A DNA stretch of 64,000 bases from Lingula anatina (GCA_051362555.1 CM120641.1:18414001-18478000), one strand, 5' to 3'. Shown: positions 1 through 15,400, counted from the first letter of the stretch. Notes: generated by a model not told the origin, from the sequence alone. Made by a program: numbers and translations.

Positions 1-2557
1 CATCTAAAACATTTTAAAACTTGGAGTCAAGTTATGGATGGATAAGCATGAAAAAGACTTGATATATTAATTTTCTTTTAATAGGCAAAAAGAAACATTT
101 TATCTGACTAGAAATATTTCAGAATGATAGGAAATTGTTTCCTTAATTGGATGATTTGACATCGATTTTGTATGATGCAAACAACACCCACTTTGGTTAT
201 ACAAGACACATTATTTAAGAAACCCACTATAAATAGTCACAATTTCCGGTCATAAACACACTAACAGTGTGTTTAGGATTTTGTCATATTGTTCAGGTGA
301 TTGACTGAGAAAAAACTTCATTGAAAATGGCAAAAATTATGATATTGTATCATTTTTTTCTACAAAAATTTTTGAAAATTTTGATTTATTTATTTGTTTG
401 TGTTTGGCAGGAGTGATATTGTGGCTTATTCAGAACCTCCAGACACTTCAATTATTCCACCCACATTTTATATGAATATCTTAACAGGTTTATACATATG
501 TAATCATTTAAAAGAGTCAGTTATTGAAATCCTGGTATGATGTAATAACAAACATGACAACTAACAATTTCAGTAACTCTATTTGTCTTTTTTATTGACT
601 AACATGTATGTGAATTGGTCAGGGTTGCATGGGATAGAAGGATTAAGAAGTTGCTATTAGGCACAAGCACACCTGCCACCTTCAGGATGTTTTCAATTCC
701 AGTGGTACATTTAACTGAACCAGTCCACTTTGAGAGGTCCAAACTTGTTAAAAAAAAGCTACAAGGATTTTGACTCCCTTTCACAAATTCTCCCAAAGCT
801 CACTTCCTGCTGTTTGGCTAGGTTGATTAAATGGCAGTGCATTGTGCGGGGGTTTGTTTGACTTCGTTGTATATACTGTTCGATGTGAAAATGGCTGAGT
901 TTCAGAGCGCTGATTTTGACTGACCTCTAGCCTCTTAATTGTTGGCAACAGAAAGTATACGGCTTTTTAGACGGCTTCAGAATCTCAGTTAGGATGCTGA
1001 AATAATAAGGGTTATATGTCACTTTTTAACATTAAATGGGCTTGCATTTTTGGAAGGCAACTTTGACCAATCAGCATACAATGATACTGATGACCAAGCT
1101 GAACTGTAAACAACTGGATCTGTGTAACCTTTTCAGCATATCCAAGTTTGGAGGATATTGGGTCACCACGTGTGTATAATATTATAACATAGAATTCTAT
1201 ATAGCATGCTAACTTAATTCAACTAGCTATAGACTAACAGCTATAGACTAAGAAATTCCAGTAGACCCCATGATTAGCACCCCGAGTATCAATCACCTCT
1301 GTTGTCATCATACCACTTCGTTACCAACATCAAAATTTGTGACAGGTATAGTATATATGCTGGTGCAGGAAAGTCACTGTCAGTACTCTCTGAATCTCAG
1401 GTGCCGGGTGGTCGTCTGCTGGTAAAGTACGGAATCAAAGCACTGAATCAAAGCACTGATAAGCATCATGCAGCTCTGAGAACAAATGGCACCAAGTCCT
1501 CTTATATATCCTTATATCCTGCATAGAGCTTTTTGTCATAGTTGGCAAATTAGCATGGAAGGAATTATGGATGGATGTGCTGTATGCTCTATCAGTCATT
1601 CATTTGTTTTATTTTTGATATAATGTTAATGATATTTTAAGTAATTTCAGTTAAGTTTCAGTTTTTGTTACTGTGATTACTGCCTGAACTGAAGTGCCAA
1701 TTAGACCCTTTAAGAACAATGGTACTAACTGCATAACAATCAGTAGGGTCCTGTCATGGCATATAACTTGCTTTCACACATAATTCCTGTAGTTGTCCTT
1801 TAAAGGATAAAGAAAACAGCATTTCATTTTGAAAATTGGCCTTGAAAACATTACATGGTCTGGGAAGAACCTTTTGGAAACATTCAGGAAAAACCTAAAT
1901 TGTGACATATAAATTGTATTTTTTTCTGTTTTTGTGATTAATGATCTTCTATTCATTGCCATCATTTGCCATGTCATATGAAGTCTCTGTGGATTTCAAG
2001 CTTAACGATTTTGATGAAAAGCTCCCTTCAAGACAAAATGGGGATCCCATGCACTAAACCTAACATTGTGTGTGAGATAACAAACCACACAGCAGTTCTT
2101 GCTTTACATGAAGCCATTAGATTTTTCTGAAATATCTGACAGAAACCTTATTGTAACCTTGCTAGTCATTTGGCAAATGTTCTGTCATGTTTTGAATTAG
2201 TGTGACTTATTTGCTTTGAAATATCTTTTATTTATACAATAAAAGAATATACATCTAGAGCATGCTGTAGATCAGCAGGTATGACTCTTGTAATATATAT
2301 TTGTGACAGATTATTTATTTGCCTGACAGACCTTTCCCGTATGTTTTAGTAAATATTTTTCTGTATATATTAGCTTTTCAACCTTGTCCTGCAAGGCTTC
2401 CGAAAACTTCCTCTTGAATTAAGACAATGCTATATTGAAAGAAGAATTTGTATATTTCTTTTATATGACTTTATTTTTTGGTCAGGTGTTTCTTCTGTTA
2501 ATATTCTGCTATCCTTGTTACAAAATATTTTATAAATATATGTTCTGTTACAATTTT

Positions 2558-2561
<4 letters not shown>

Positions 2562-2642
<81 letters not shown>
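2562..2642. repeat. (AT)n microsatellite, ~40 units
   Basis: Uninterrupted AT dinucleotide run in an NCX intron. Confidence 0.97.
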
Positions 2643-2647
<5 letters not shown>

Positions 2648-4083
2648 GATTCTTACTATAATATATAGAGAAAGGCAGGATATTAATTTCATTATTGCAA
2701 TCATGGGGGTCACTATTGGAACAAGTCAAGTGTGTTTGTGGTAATTTATCTAAAATAGTTTTCCTGGACATCCATACTATTAGAATTAGAATGGCAGTGC
2801 TTAATACTAAACCTTTTGATTTGATCAAGTTTTGTGCTGTCCAATACTGCATAGTGCTTTTTGACAGTAGATTTGAATGAGTCGAATGATCATGGCCTTC
2901 AAAAGTACCTTGTTTGTTTTGTGACACTTTGTACTTTTTATTGCTTTTAAGATCATTGATTTTCATTGAACATCTAAATTGTATGTCAGCAGAATTTTTC
3001 TTGTCAGTGTTTTATAGTGGTTAAATCAGGGGCATTTTGATTTTAAGATTGAGTTTAAATGATGATTAATATATCTCTAAAAATGTTGAAGATTGCAGAA
3101 ATTTGATCTAGCCATATCATTGTCTGTGTGACATTTCAATGAAAAGTCCATTATAAGTAGAATAACATTCATGTTTTAAAAAATTATGATTTTACTTATT
3201 CATATATAGAGACCAAGATTGTAAACAAGTAGCTTAACATTAAGTGCATCCATATAAGATTAATTGGTTCCTTGGTGTGAAGGCAAATTGATCTCAAATA
3301 GGGGAAATATTGAGGCTTTCAAAATATATTAGTCCAAACGTTCAGTGGACCAACAGTTTCCTTTGATATCAGTTTAGTGCAGTCCAGTGAACCATCAAAC
3401 AAACATACTATAACCATCTTGACCAACAAACATTTTGACTTCAGAACAATGTACCTTTTGATTATAGAACCTTGGTATCAATGAGTCTTCAAACCAATAA
3501 CCTTTCAGAACAATCAAGATGCCCTTATGCCATGAATAATAGACCGACCCATGTACACAAATTTATAGTCACCTGTTACTGCAGAGCTTGTTGATTAAAT
3601 TTGATCTAAATATATTTTGCATTGATTGATGAGCATATTTTGTCTAGTTCCTTGAAATCCTGTCTGTTTACTTTTATCAAGTTAAGGTCCAATATTGGTC
3701 CTAGAAATAATATGTGGGAAGCAAGTTAATCTAATTGAACTCAAATGGTTATTGATGTCTTTTGGTACACTAGCAGTCTTGCCTTGTTGGAAAATGTTTG
3801 ATGACAGTATAACCTAGCACCGATCTTGGACATGAATATATCAGCTTTATTCCATTTCTTTTAAAATTACAAATCTTACATTTAAAAATGACATTGAAAC
3901 ATCCCTTGCCTGGCCTGGCCTGATCCAAAATTGTTGAAACCAAAAAATTTGGTATAAGGACAAAAGGGGAAATGAGTGGTTTTGGTTAAAGTTTGTGTTA
4001 TTTTGTGTTATAATTGTAATGCAGATGTAAATAATGATGGCTACAGATACAAATTTGTTATTGTTTTCTTTTTTATGTTTCAG

Positions 4084-6016
4084 GAGATGATGATGATGGG
4101 GAAGGGGAGGAGAAATTGCCCTCATGCTTGGATTATGTCATGCACTTCCTGACCATTTTCTGGAAGTTACTTTTTGCTTGCACTACACCGCCTACAGGTA
4201 ACATACATGTTGAACATAGCACAGTGTTTTCGAAAATTAGCTACAAAATGCAGACCCATAGCCAGCAATTTCAAAGGAGGGGGGTTCTTTTTCTGAGAAA
4301 CTGGATCTTTTTAAATTTACCATGAAACCTTTGTGTACCTAGATCAATTTTTACCCAGAGCAGACCTATTTGTGGCAAAACAGGGCAGTTCGTTTGAAAC
4401 CCCCGTCCCTCCTCCCTCCAGCTATGGTCCTGAAATGTGTTTGGCCTGTATAATCTATAATGACGATAATTGATTGTTTTATGTCATGTAAGTGCTACAG
4501 TTTTGTGATAGGAAGAATTTTATATTTTTGTACCTGTGTGCTTCTGGATTCCCTCTCTTGCTGGAATCCCCTGTCATGTGAACGCTATTATATTAATTGC
4601 AAGCCTCTCTACTAATCATATGTATAGTAATTAATAAGTATATTTATTGAATGTAGGGTGTTGATTTTTAATATCTTATATGATGCAATATTATCATATC
4701 ATGGCTATTGAACTTTTAGTGCCATATTTGTAGAATATATTGTCAGGGCATGGTCATTGTAATGATGAACTTGTGTCCCAAGAATAAATGAATAAATAAA
4801 TATATATACATATCTTTTCCAGATTACCTTGGTGGTTGGGCTGCGTTTGTTGTATCAATCCTGATGATTGGTGTCCTGACAGCGTTCATCACTGACTTGG
4901 CCTCACATCTGGGTTGTACCATTGGTCTGCAGGACACAGTTACAGCAATATCATTTGTTGCTCTGGGTACAAGTGTTCCAGGTGAGAAACAGCTTGCACA
5001 TGCCGTTCCCAGATCATGGCTTGGAAAAGTTTTGCACCAAAAACTCACGATCAGTTGACCAAAATCGGCAGTCTGGTTCTGAATTGTAGTAAAAGATATA
5101 TTGAAAGCCTTGAACACTTGCTAATTTACCATTAGTCAGATTAAGACTGAATTTGAAATTCTCTCTTTATCTGCCATGACAGCAAGTGACAAGCACCAAG
5201 GGTTCTTTGCTCTTATTGCCAGAGAACCTCAAAGTCCAGATCCATTATTGCTTCTCCAGGCTGTTGATTGGCAAAATTGGTCCCCAATGGCAATTAGGAC
5301 AAGACTGATTTCAGATGCATTTTAAACTTTTTCTATTGAATTGAATTCTTACATTCATAAAATATTGAATTCAAGCTATAGCAACAAGAAAAGTTTGCGA
5401 CAAGGATTTTGCAAGAAAAATTTGTATTGCTGCTAATTTGCAGCAAATTTTTGAAAAACCTTTGCTACAGGCCTAATATTTTCTAAGGGACTAAATTATA
5501 TTTGCCCTGTACTTACATATTTTTGTAAGAAATCTTTTGCTAGTAAAGTTGCAACAGTATTAGAACCAACTATATTTTTCACTTGTTGATGGATAACTTT
5601 GCTGGAATAATTTTTTCTTCCATTTTTTTATCTTTTAAGATACTTTTGCCAGCAAAGTGGCAACAATTCAAGATAAGTATGCAGATGCCTCCATTGGTAA
5701 TGTTACCGGCAGCAATGCTGTGAATGTATTCCTGGGCATTGGTATTGCTTGGACCATTGCAGCAGCTGTCCACCTGGCCAGAGGAGAGCCATTCGTCGTG
5801 AAGCCTGGATCTCTGGGTTTTTCTGTCACAATGTTTTGCATATTTGCAGCCGTTGCAATTGCGATATTAATAATTAGAAGAAGGCCATTCGTAGGAGGAG
5901 AGTTGGGTGGGCCTTACAAATTCAAGCTACCAACAACTGTGTTCTTTGTTGGACTATGGGTTTTTTATGTGTTGTTATCGGCATTTGAAAGTTATTGTAT
6001 AATTCCAGGGTTTTAA
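4084..6016 (+). CDS. Sodium/calcium exchanger (SLC8/NCX family), last three coding exons; 5' part lies outside the window
   Basis: Exons 4084-4197, 4823-4981, 5640-6016 have GT-AG boundaries and join in frame: GDDDDGEGEEKLPSCLDYVMHFLTIFWKLLF..PPT/DYLGGWAAFVVSI..ALGTSVP/DTFASK..SIGNVTGSNAVNVFLGIG..YCIIPGF*. GTSVPD and GSNAVN are the NCX alpha-2 repeat motifs. The paralogue cannot be assigned. Confidence 0.95.
4251..4432. mobile_element. Small decayed MITE in NCX intron
   Basis: Imperfect TIRs CAGACCCATAGCCAG / CCAGCTATGGTCCTG with G-rich and C-rich subterminal runs. A similar left end CAGGCCTGCAGCCAG occurs at ~43724. Confidence 0.5.
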
Positions 6017-9000
6017 GAACCCTGGGTCCCCTGTTGTGTTTACCCTTAGATTGGTAACTTCTGTCAACCTTTGATAAGGCAACAGAGAGCAAGTGCACTG
6101 TTAATGCCTGTGATGATCAGGTCCAGACTATGTATGAGCATGAGTAATATGAACATGTCCAATAGACATGCAGATATAATCTGATGTATTGCACGAAAGA
6201 TCGAGACAATATGACTGTGATGAAGAGTGGTGACTTCTGAAAAAAAAAAAAGAACTGTTCACAAAAGAAAACAAAATGAGGATGGACAATGCACTGGTAT
6301 CTTGAGAATAGTGATTGTCAGCTGCAGCCTGTACACACCTAATTTTCATCTAAATGCAGTGTTGTTTCTTAAACACTCAAATACCTTACATTCATTCACT
6401 GGGTATCACAAAATTATTGTATATTTCTGTACTGTATAAAGGTAAATGTAAGTTGCAAAGTGTTAACAGGCCAGCACCAAACACAATAATCTGTAGTTTT
6501 GAAGAAGTGAAACATATGACTGCAGTGATAATGTCATATTGTGATCAAGTCCCAATTATTTAAATCACTCAATTTTATGTCTCTACACTTTGCAATGGAA
6601 ATCACAGTTAACTAAGTTTTAAATGTATGTCAGTGTTTTAAAGACTTTTTAAAAAATTGCACATATCGGTGGTCTGAGTTTAAAGAACAGTAATTATAGA
6701 AGCATAATTTGAGTAAGGCATATTTTCTTCTTTTGATATAAGACTAAATCAATAAATGTTTTTAAAAATTTATAACTGACAATAGTAACTATATCACACA
6801 TGTTGACAAAACAGACTTTACTTTTTACATATAACCATGGAAATAGAGCTCTACTTCTATGTTATAACCAATCTGACAAGGTAATTGTTTGTTCATTTGA
6901 TTGTTATTTTGTTTGTTGACACACAATATGTTTGTTTAATTATACATTATTAGTGGCACAGTGCAATGGTTGTAAAAGCCCCACCCCTTTTATGATCTAG
7001 TTTACATTTTGCTGTGTTTATTTTCACTGCGTTTATTATTATTATTATCTCTGGTTTATGTCAGTATTTACGAGTATCACACTTACCCATCCAGTATTTT
7101 TCTAGTGCACCTAGTTTTTAAAAAGAAAAATCTTCCATAAGGGTTAAAAAAAAAACAATGTTGTATTTTGATGTAGTTATGTGTCTTTCATTTGACTTGA
7201 AATATACTGTACATTTATATGATTAAAAAGACCAATTTGTACATGATCAAGAGTGTAACAAAGTTGGTGGCATTTTTTCTGTCATTTAGCTATTTTCAAA
7301 TGGCAGTTCTTTGAATGATACCTTGAGAAATTTTTAGCTGGTGTATTTTATTTTACATTCATGGAATATGTCACTAATTTCCCTAGTGTTGTTCACATGG
7401 TAGTTAGTTGTTTTTTTTTTTTTTTGTTTTTTTGTTTTTTTGGTTGTATTTATTTTCCTTCTGCAATGGTCAATTTCTCCTATGGTCAATAATGGCTTGG
7501 TGATATTACTTCTAAAGCTATATTTGCACTTTATCAAATAGTTTTTTTTAACATAGCAAAATTAAAGTATGTACTCCCAGCAGTGGCCTTTTTGCCAACT
7601 GCCATGAAGCCTTTGAACTAGCTCAATTTATAAAACAATAATCAAAGTAATGACATTTCTTTCCAGCTTGTTATGTGTAAGGGCAGTACTGACATAAAGA
7701 GTGATTTGAGCTGAAATGTTATTAAGATATATCAGAGCTTTCCTTTCTTTTTACATAGCTTTTGCTATTTTTGAAAAAGAATTGTGGTCTGTTAAATGGT
7801 GTAAGGGTTGTACATAATCTTTTAAACAAAAAACAATCTTTAAACTGTTCTTTCTGTAAATTTTCAAGAAATCGCACTTAACTGTCCAATTTATATGGTT
7901 TTTGCTGGTAGTATTTAGTTGTTGCGTGTATTATACATTTCATACAATCAAAAGGAGATCAAAGTAAAACAGTTATGTCAGTAGGATTGCTTTTCAATAG
8001 TGTCTTTCAAAGTTACTTAATATTGGCTTTTGAATAGTTATCAAAAATTACCAAATGTTCACACCCTTTGATTGCTAGTGAATGCATTATATAGGTTTCC
8101 ATGTCACTTATTATTGTAATTTTTGTTAATACATGCAGGGTAATTTGCATTGTTTCAGCAGCAGAGAGTTATATCAGGCTTTATGTATATTTGCAGCACA
8201 TAAATATTATTTATGGCTTCTATTAGTAGAAAGCTATAGGACTGTTGCGTACCTCATGTTTGATCTCCTTGTTACAAAGGTGTACACATTTTTAATCGTC
8301 TCTTTCCACAGTTATTTTTAAACCCATCACTCATCCTTTTAATCATCCTTTGTTTTTATGTTTCATATTTTCGATATTGATACTAGAAGGTGAAGTTATG
8401 CCACAAGGACTGTGTATTTGCTGTGGAGATTTTTGGCTCTGTTAAACACTAGAGAGATACGATTTGGGTAGATCATGAACTTTCTGACTTCATTTTGAAA
8501 AAATGGTTTTGGACTTCTTAGTCTAAAGCAATCTCCCGTGCGAGCTTGTTTTCAATTATTGTATGGTAATCAAGGTAAATAGCAGGCACACATCAGATTT
8601 TGAAATTACTGACATTTAGAATACTGTCATTAGTGACTGGTCACACATTGCTGGTCCTCCTTCATCTTAAAGCAATGGCTATTTTAAATTGCAAATGGAT
8701 TATGTTGTAGATTTATATGCCTTTTTGGAAATCAACATCCCTTAGCTAATAGTTCATTTGCAGGGAAGATAAATATTAAAATAGAATTGTTCCAGAAATC
8801 TTAATTTATTTACATAATTGATGAATGGTCAGGGACATGGAATGCAATGACTGGTTAATGACAAATTTACAACTTGGCTACTTTCATCTTTGTTTATGTT
8901 TCTCATAAAATGTTACCAGTTTAGCAAAAATAAGATTAGCGAAAATTAATGTTTTCTTACAGATTTTTGTTTTCAGAATCTGGTCTGTAGACTATTGCAC

Positions 9001-9940
9001 CTGCAGGAAAAGTGGTAAAATTACTGTTTTTTTTTTTTTTTCTCATTTCTCATATTGTTATTATTAGTACGTGTTAGCACCATTTTCACAATTGCAATAA
9101 CATTAAGGGTTAACAGCTTTGCAAATATTGTAAAGCTACCTCTTTTATAACATCTGTGTTCTCTTTGGAGGGTCTTAGGATAGTTGCATATGGTATGTAG
9201 CATTTAATGTTTTCAAGACCTTCAATCATGTTGTATTTAAACAATAGTAGTTTTAAAACCTAGTTATTCAATTATGATATAAATACACATTATCCCAATA
9301 ACATTTCAAGCCATAGTTTTAATGCGCTTTCAGTATGAAATTTGTTCTGGTAGTCTGAAAAAAACCTGCAATGGGACCACCTCAGTTAATACTGAAAAGT
9401 GGTTGTTGTGTTCCAGTGACATAACTTCTACCATCAACCTGTTTCAACAAACAGTCAAGTTTGATGATCATTTCTCTATATCCTTAGAGAGAGAGTGGTG
9501 CCCTTGTAATTCCTGGTCTTCCTTTGATATTTAAGACCTAAACATTCCCTTGTTATCCCATGTGATGTTTGCAGGAACTGGATCCCGTTTGATATGGTCA
9601 AAAGGCACCATTGCCTTGGAGAAGTTGCCATGGCATCATTGCTATGACGACAGTCCACTCACCGTTATACAACAATCCACTTAGCTTTATCTGGACTGAT
9701 AGCTTAGAGCAGGTTTTGTATTATTATTACTCTAGTTTTTGTGAGCTTCTTTGGTTTATCATGAAATGTCTTTTGCTTGGTGCTTTATTGCCATTACCTA
9801 GTGCACATTTACTGAAATGTCTTGCCTTGTTAACATTTTAAGCCAAGGTTTTATCTATTTGACATTTTCCTTTGTGCAAATTTTCTTAGTTTTTGTACAC
9901 TGATTCTCTTTAGGGAATGTTTAGACTGTTATTCACTGAG

Positions 9941-9990
9941 AATAAAGCAGCAGTGTTTGAAGTGTGAATTGAAGTATTGTCCTTTTTATT
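9941..9990. terminator. Candidate convergent polyadenylation signals of NCX (+) and DPH6 (-)
   Basis: AATAAA on + at 9941-9946 followed by GT-rich sequence; AATAAA on - at 9985-9990. Strand composition switches from T-rich to A-rich around here. Confidence 0.45.
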
Positions 9991-10679
9991 AGCACCAGTC
10001 TCAGAAATGAAGAGTTACATCTAACATACCATTTACTGGAGGCATAGTACTATGCAGGATTTCCAGCAATGAAAATTTTCACAAAAATTACCTAACAACA
10101 CACTTTAAAATAACTTTTTTCCAATGTTTTCTTAGAAGTACAGTACAGTACAGCCGAACGCCACAGTTTTACATTGTGCAATATTTATTGCATTTGCCCA
10201 TCAAGAAATACCAATTATAGAAGTGTCATCTAATTTACCTAAAATAGAATATAAGACTATGATCAACTTTTTATAAATAAATTGTATACATCAAATATGA
10301 TATCAATACACTTACAACAGCACATCTCCCTTGCCAACTAATGTTGGGGCTGCTTTTATGTAAAACTTTACTGAAACGTGAAGAACAGACAGTATAATGT
10401 AATACATTTGGCTAATAGAAAATATGAATGCCACTTAGAAGTTGTACATATAATTTAATTCCAGTTGTATGCAATGCATGGGCAAACTATGATTATTTTG
10501 ATAATATAGGCAGGGTATACAGAGCACCAAAGATAAAATGTTACAAGATAAAAAGCACCAACCTAAAGAGTTTTTGGTACAACTCATTTTAAAAGGCTAT
10601 CAGAACTAATAAAATCTTCCAGGCCAAATTTTGCATAAAGCATACTTGTCTATTATGGAAAATGTTATCTCTGGTAAAA

Positions 10680-12368
10680 TTAATGCCAAATTGTAAGAAG
10701 CGTTGTCTGCTCTGTAAGCCTTTCAACTGGTATGAATGCAGCTGCCAACACTTCCCCCGATGACTTGGCAGCACTGTTGTATGCTGAAAAAATCAACACA
10801 AAAGCAAATCAACAGACATTTTGGCTCTATTCATTTTATGATATTCAGTAAGATCTTACAATGTGCAAATTACAACTCTTCTGAAGGTCAAAGACACAAC
10901 ATTTTTCAACACTGGTGGGCTTAACTGTTTTTTTTGTAATGTGCTGATTTTCAATGTTACCTTCCTGCACGTCCTGTAAATGAATGTGTTGATGTCTATA
11001 AAACAGGTTCAAGTTTGTAGGATATACTGACGATGCCTCTCTCTCTGCCACCTGCTTTCTGTGCCAACAGAGTGCTGCTTTCAAAAGGTCTGTCAGTTTA
11101 GAAAGAATCTCATTTTTTACCCCATGGGTGTCTGAAACCAACACACACAAAGAATATTACTGCATAAGTAAACCAACAGAGAAGGGGGCAAATGAAAATT
11201 ATTCCGCAAAATAACAATTGAACTTGTCAATTTCCAGATTAATATAATAATAAAATAATAAAAGTAAATGATGCCATGGAAAGGTGATCAAAACAGTCCT
11301 TTCAGCATAGGAGCCAGTTTGCCCAACAACATTATGAAAAATTCTGAAGTATGTATTAGTTATCCATACACTAGACCTATCCAGCATTCTGAAGCAACCA
11401 GGATGAAAAGTGTGTGCGTGTTTGTGTGTGGTGGTGGGGAGATTAATAGGGGTAGCCATTGCATACTGAGGCACAGAACCAGCACAACTGTCCAAGATAT
11501 TTACATAGTAGTCGATGTTGATATATTACATCCAAATGAACCCACAGTACATGATGAACAAGTCACTCCCTGCAATCAAATGTTTATTGCTTCAATGCAA
11601 GAATTCCAAAATGAGCTTATGTTCAGGACACAGTGCAGTTTCAATGTTCTAAACCAGTTCAGAAACACTTAATTTGCAGATTTGTGTGAATCCCACCACC
11701 CACCCCAGTCCAACCCTCCACATCTTGCCCCCAACAAGCAATCTGAGCAGTGCCTTACCCAATCGTCCACAGAAGTGCCCAGGCTCCGAGCTGTCATGCA
11801 AGTATTGGTAGTCTAATGTTACAGTCCCGGAAGACAGATTCAGAGTCTCTGATTTACCTAGCAGTGAAAGAAGAAGACAATCGCATTAATCACAAAATCT
11901 TCCAATATTGAAAGGTAAACAAGATGAAGGGCCTGAAATATTTACAAAACATGCATGGTTTTGCTTGTCATTTTTGATAATCACAACATTACTTACTTCA
12001 ATAATGCTATTGGCATGCAGTTTTATTTTTTGATGTTCATTGAGATGACCACAAACGTAAGTGACAAGAAAAGCTATGCTGAATCAATTCATAGATTAAT
12101 CTAACACTTCTATTGCTTCACAATATGCTTAAACAGACCAAGTTGTATGCACAAACTCTACATAAATAATACTCTTAATTCACAGATTCATAAAAAATGT
12201 TAGCAAATAAGTTTATAATTACAGGTTATAAATATAATTGCCCACAAACACAAAAAGCAGATGGGTTTTTTTAATATTCTTGGAAATCGATATTAAGCAG
12301 CTGATAACTGTCTGCAGTAAGATACATGTTTAACAAGGCCATCAACCTCACTTGTCTTAATCACTAGG

Positions 12369-12424
<56 letters not shown>

Positions 12425-15400
12425 CGCACGGGCATGCATGTGTGATTTGTGAGATTAATGCTCATGCTTCAAGGATTGAATATTAAATGGCTTTATAGAT
12501 TTTTGAAAATTTGCGAGAGCAACTGTGTTGCTGCACTTTTAATTTAATCAGGTTTATAGGCTTCCAAATTTGTTTATCTAAACTAGCTAAACAAAGACAA
12601 TCACATTCTTTTCATCAACTCCCAAGAAATGCAAGTAGGTAAAATAAGGTTGAGTTATGATGCTATTGCAATTTAAGTGGGAAAGCACACCTCATTAAGA
12701 CTCCTCAACATGACTATTCCTCCAAGGAAAATTGGACCTGTGCACAGTGTACATGAGTGCAAACAGACAACACTATGAAGATGTGGTTTGCCATGATGTG
12801 TTGTTAAACAACTATGCCAAACTTTCCTTTTTTTATATACTTCTAATGCCATATCAAAACATCTCTAACCAATCTGGAGAGAGGATGATAACTTCTGCCT
12901 TGTTGTTCAGTCATCCTATGAGTTTCAGTACATATTATATTCAATTTTGGCCAAAAATTGCATGCAACAAGAATATCTCAGGCTGCAGATCTAGACAGTG
13001 TTCTGTATTGTATCTCTCAGACCATTAGTTTTGCTACATATGCCACAGCAGTATTGATCATACTGACACAATGGCAATAATCAGTTATGACTAAATGCAT
13101 ATGTGGTAACATGTTACCACTGAAGTCTTGCTGCAAAACCAATAACAAGAAAGGATTACCTAAACATTTGTGGCCAAACTCGACAAAACCTGCAATTGTT
13201 TGTTGTCTGTAAAAGAGTTTAGGAAAAGAACTTTCCCTAACATCACAGTCCTTCATAATTTAATTTTGTTTTTGATGTGTTTTCTTTTTGCCTATACTCA
13301 TGTTACTCTCGCCCACACTTGAGATTAAAATGCAGTCTGTTTCATCAGTTTCTTTAGTACCATTCATTCTCACATTCAGCCCAAGTGTTTGGTTCATGTT
13401 ACTTATCGAGTGTTTTCACACACGCAAAATAAATTTGTTTTGTGCAGCATTGAGGGATTATTGTCTATCCTCTATAGCCCACAACTATATAATACTTCAT
13501 CCTGAGACAAAAACCATAAAACACAAGTATACTTTCTCATCCCGTCTGACAAAATCATCTTTTGTAATCATATCCCTCTTGCCACATACAAATCAAATTA
13601 AACAGATATTTAACACAAAGAACAACTGCACTGATCACCGAGACATGCATAAGGCTGTGTTACAAAATGGAGCTTAGGTTCATCTTAATGGAAGTGCATC
13701 ACAACTTGAGAGAAGTCCTTGGCATTTTTTCCAGACTAAATCAGGATTATGTAAGTGCAAATGCAGACCCAGCAAAGTAATTTTATTGTCATTGCAATAA
13801 AAGTAAAAAATGAAACTATTCCCATGTCATTTTTCTCTGCTATCAGTGGTCATCAATTGCCTTCCCATCCATTTGTGTATCACATCATGAAAGTACAAAT
13901 GTATGAGTAAAGGGGTGCTTACAGGATGCAGCAAAAGGTTAATTTACCTTTTCACTTTTCATCCCCAACAACAACATAACAGTTCGGCCACTGTTTGATT
14001 ATATGTTTTATAGTCATATCTAAGAAGTGGCAATGTTGAAGTCACAATGTACGTAGCCACACATCATCAAGTGATTAAAATTTGCAGAAACAGTTATTTT
14101 GTTTCCTGGTTCACAGCCTTTTATCTATATATTTAAATGAGTCATATCAAATAGCTTTTATTATTCTTATTTATAGTTACACACCTCTGTATTATCTAAC
14201 AGATCTGCATAATTCCCCCTGGAGAAAACATTACAAAATAAGTATAGAATTTCTTTGACACTGCTGTCAACTGAGCTTAAAATCAATGTGGAATTTTAAT
14301 TTTATTTCTATGCTAACTGAAATCAGTTCACAAGCGTAAAAAAACCTATAGCATAAAAACAGCACAAGCAATAAAAACAGAAAGACATAACAGACATTTT
14401 TATGGAGATGTGAGGTCATTTAATTGTTGGAGTTGACTACGCTACCAATCATACCATGTATATGTCTCCTCAACAAGAATATAATGAAGTACTGTTCAAA
14501 AGATTTCTGTTCCTTGTAAATACATATATATCATATTTCTAGTCCTTAATTCAGTTTACTGTTAGTTCCTCTGGTTACATTTATACTCCAATTTATCAGA
14601 TTGTTTCAATAAATGTCAGTTACGTATAGCTGGTAATTGGACTGAAATATCACAGCCAAATTCTTATTGGCAAAATTTATTCACAGCACATCAATATTTG
14701 TCACAATGCAGAAATAGTTCAAAAACCACAACCTTATAGGAGTTTTGCGATTCTCAGTGGGATTATTCATTTCTGTGACATTTCCAAAGCTGCATGCACT
14801 TCCACAAAAAAAAAAAAAAAAAATTGGTGAAATTTAACTAGTCGCTATTGTTTTGAAAAACTTGTTTATGTTCTGAGGATGTCCTACCAATCCTTATGAT
14901 GTCACACCAATTTTGACACTGTCATACCAATCAGCCTTGGATTTTACAGATATTGTACATAAATCAAAAATGCAGGGAAAAATGATGGAATTAGCATGAA
15001 TGATAAGTTACCAGAGGCTAAAAGTAGAACATTTCCTTGTCATAAACAGTTCAAAAAGTTGCCAATAGCTGAATCAAATCCAAGATACTCAATTTTACCA
15101 ATACTTCATATAGTTGACTCAAAATCTGAGACAGTAAAGATTTCAATGACAAAGATGCCAAAGAGCCCAGCTTTCTCACCTTAGTTTTTATAAAATAGTA
15201 AAACGGTGACTGTCATTTGCTTCAAAATCTATGCCATTCCTTAGAAAAACTTGTATCATCACCAATGACCAAAAATTAAGATAAACAAAACCACACAGTC
15301 ATTGAGCAGTACATTAAGCACTTGCAAAATGAAAAAAATTGAAAATAATGATAAGTAAATGGCTATGATCAGCAAGAATTTCACTTGGAGACCCCATTAA

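Noticed and set aside
411-487. Possible extra NCX exon after TTTGGCAG
   Set aside because: The frame compatible with the neighbouring phase-1 junction hits a stop, and there is no NCX similarity.
2430-2966. ORFs with poly-(IY) tracts (also 54660-54999)
   Set aside because: Artefacts of (AT)n microsatellites, which lack stop codons.
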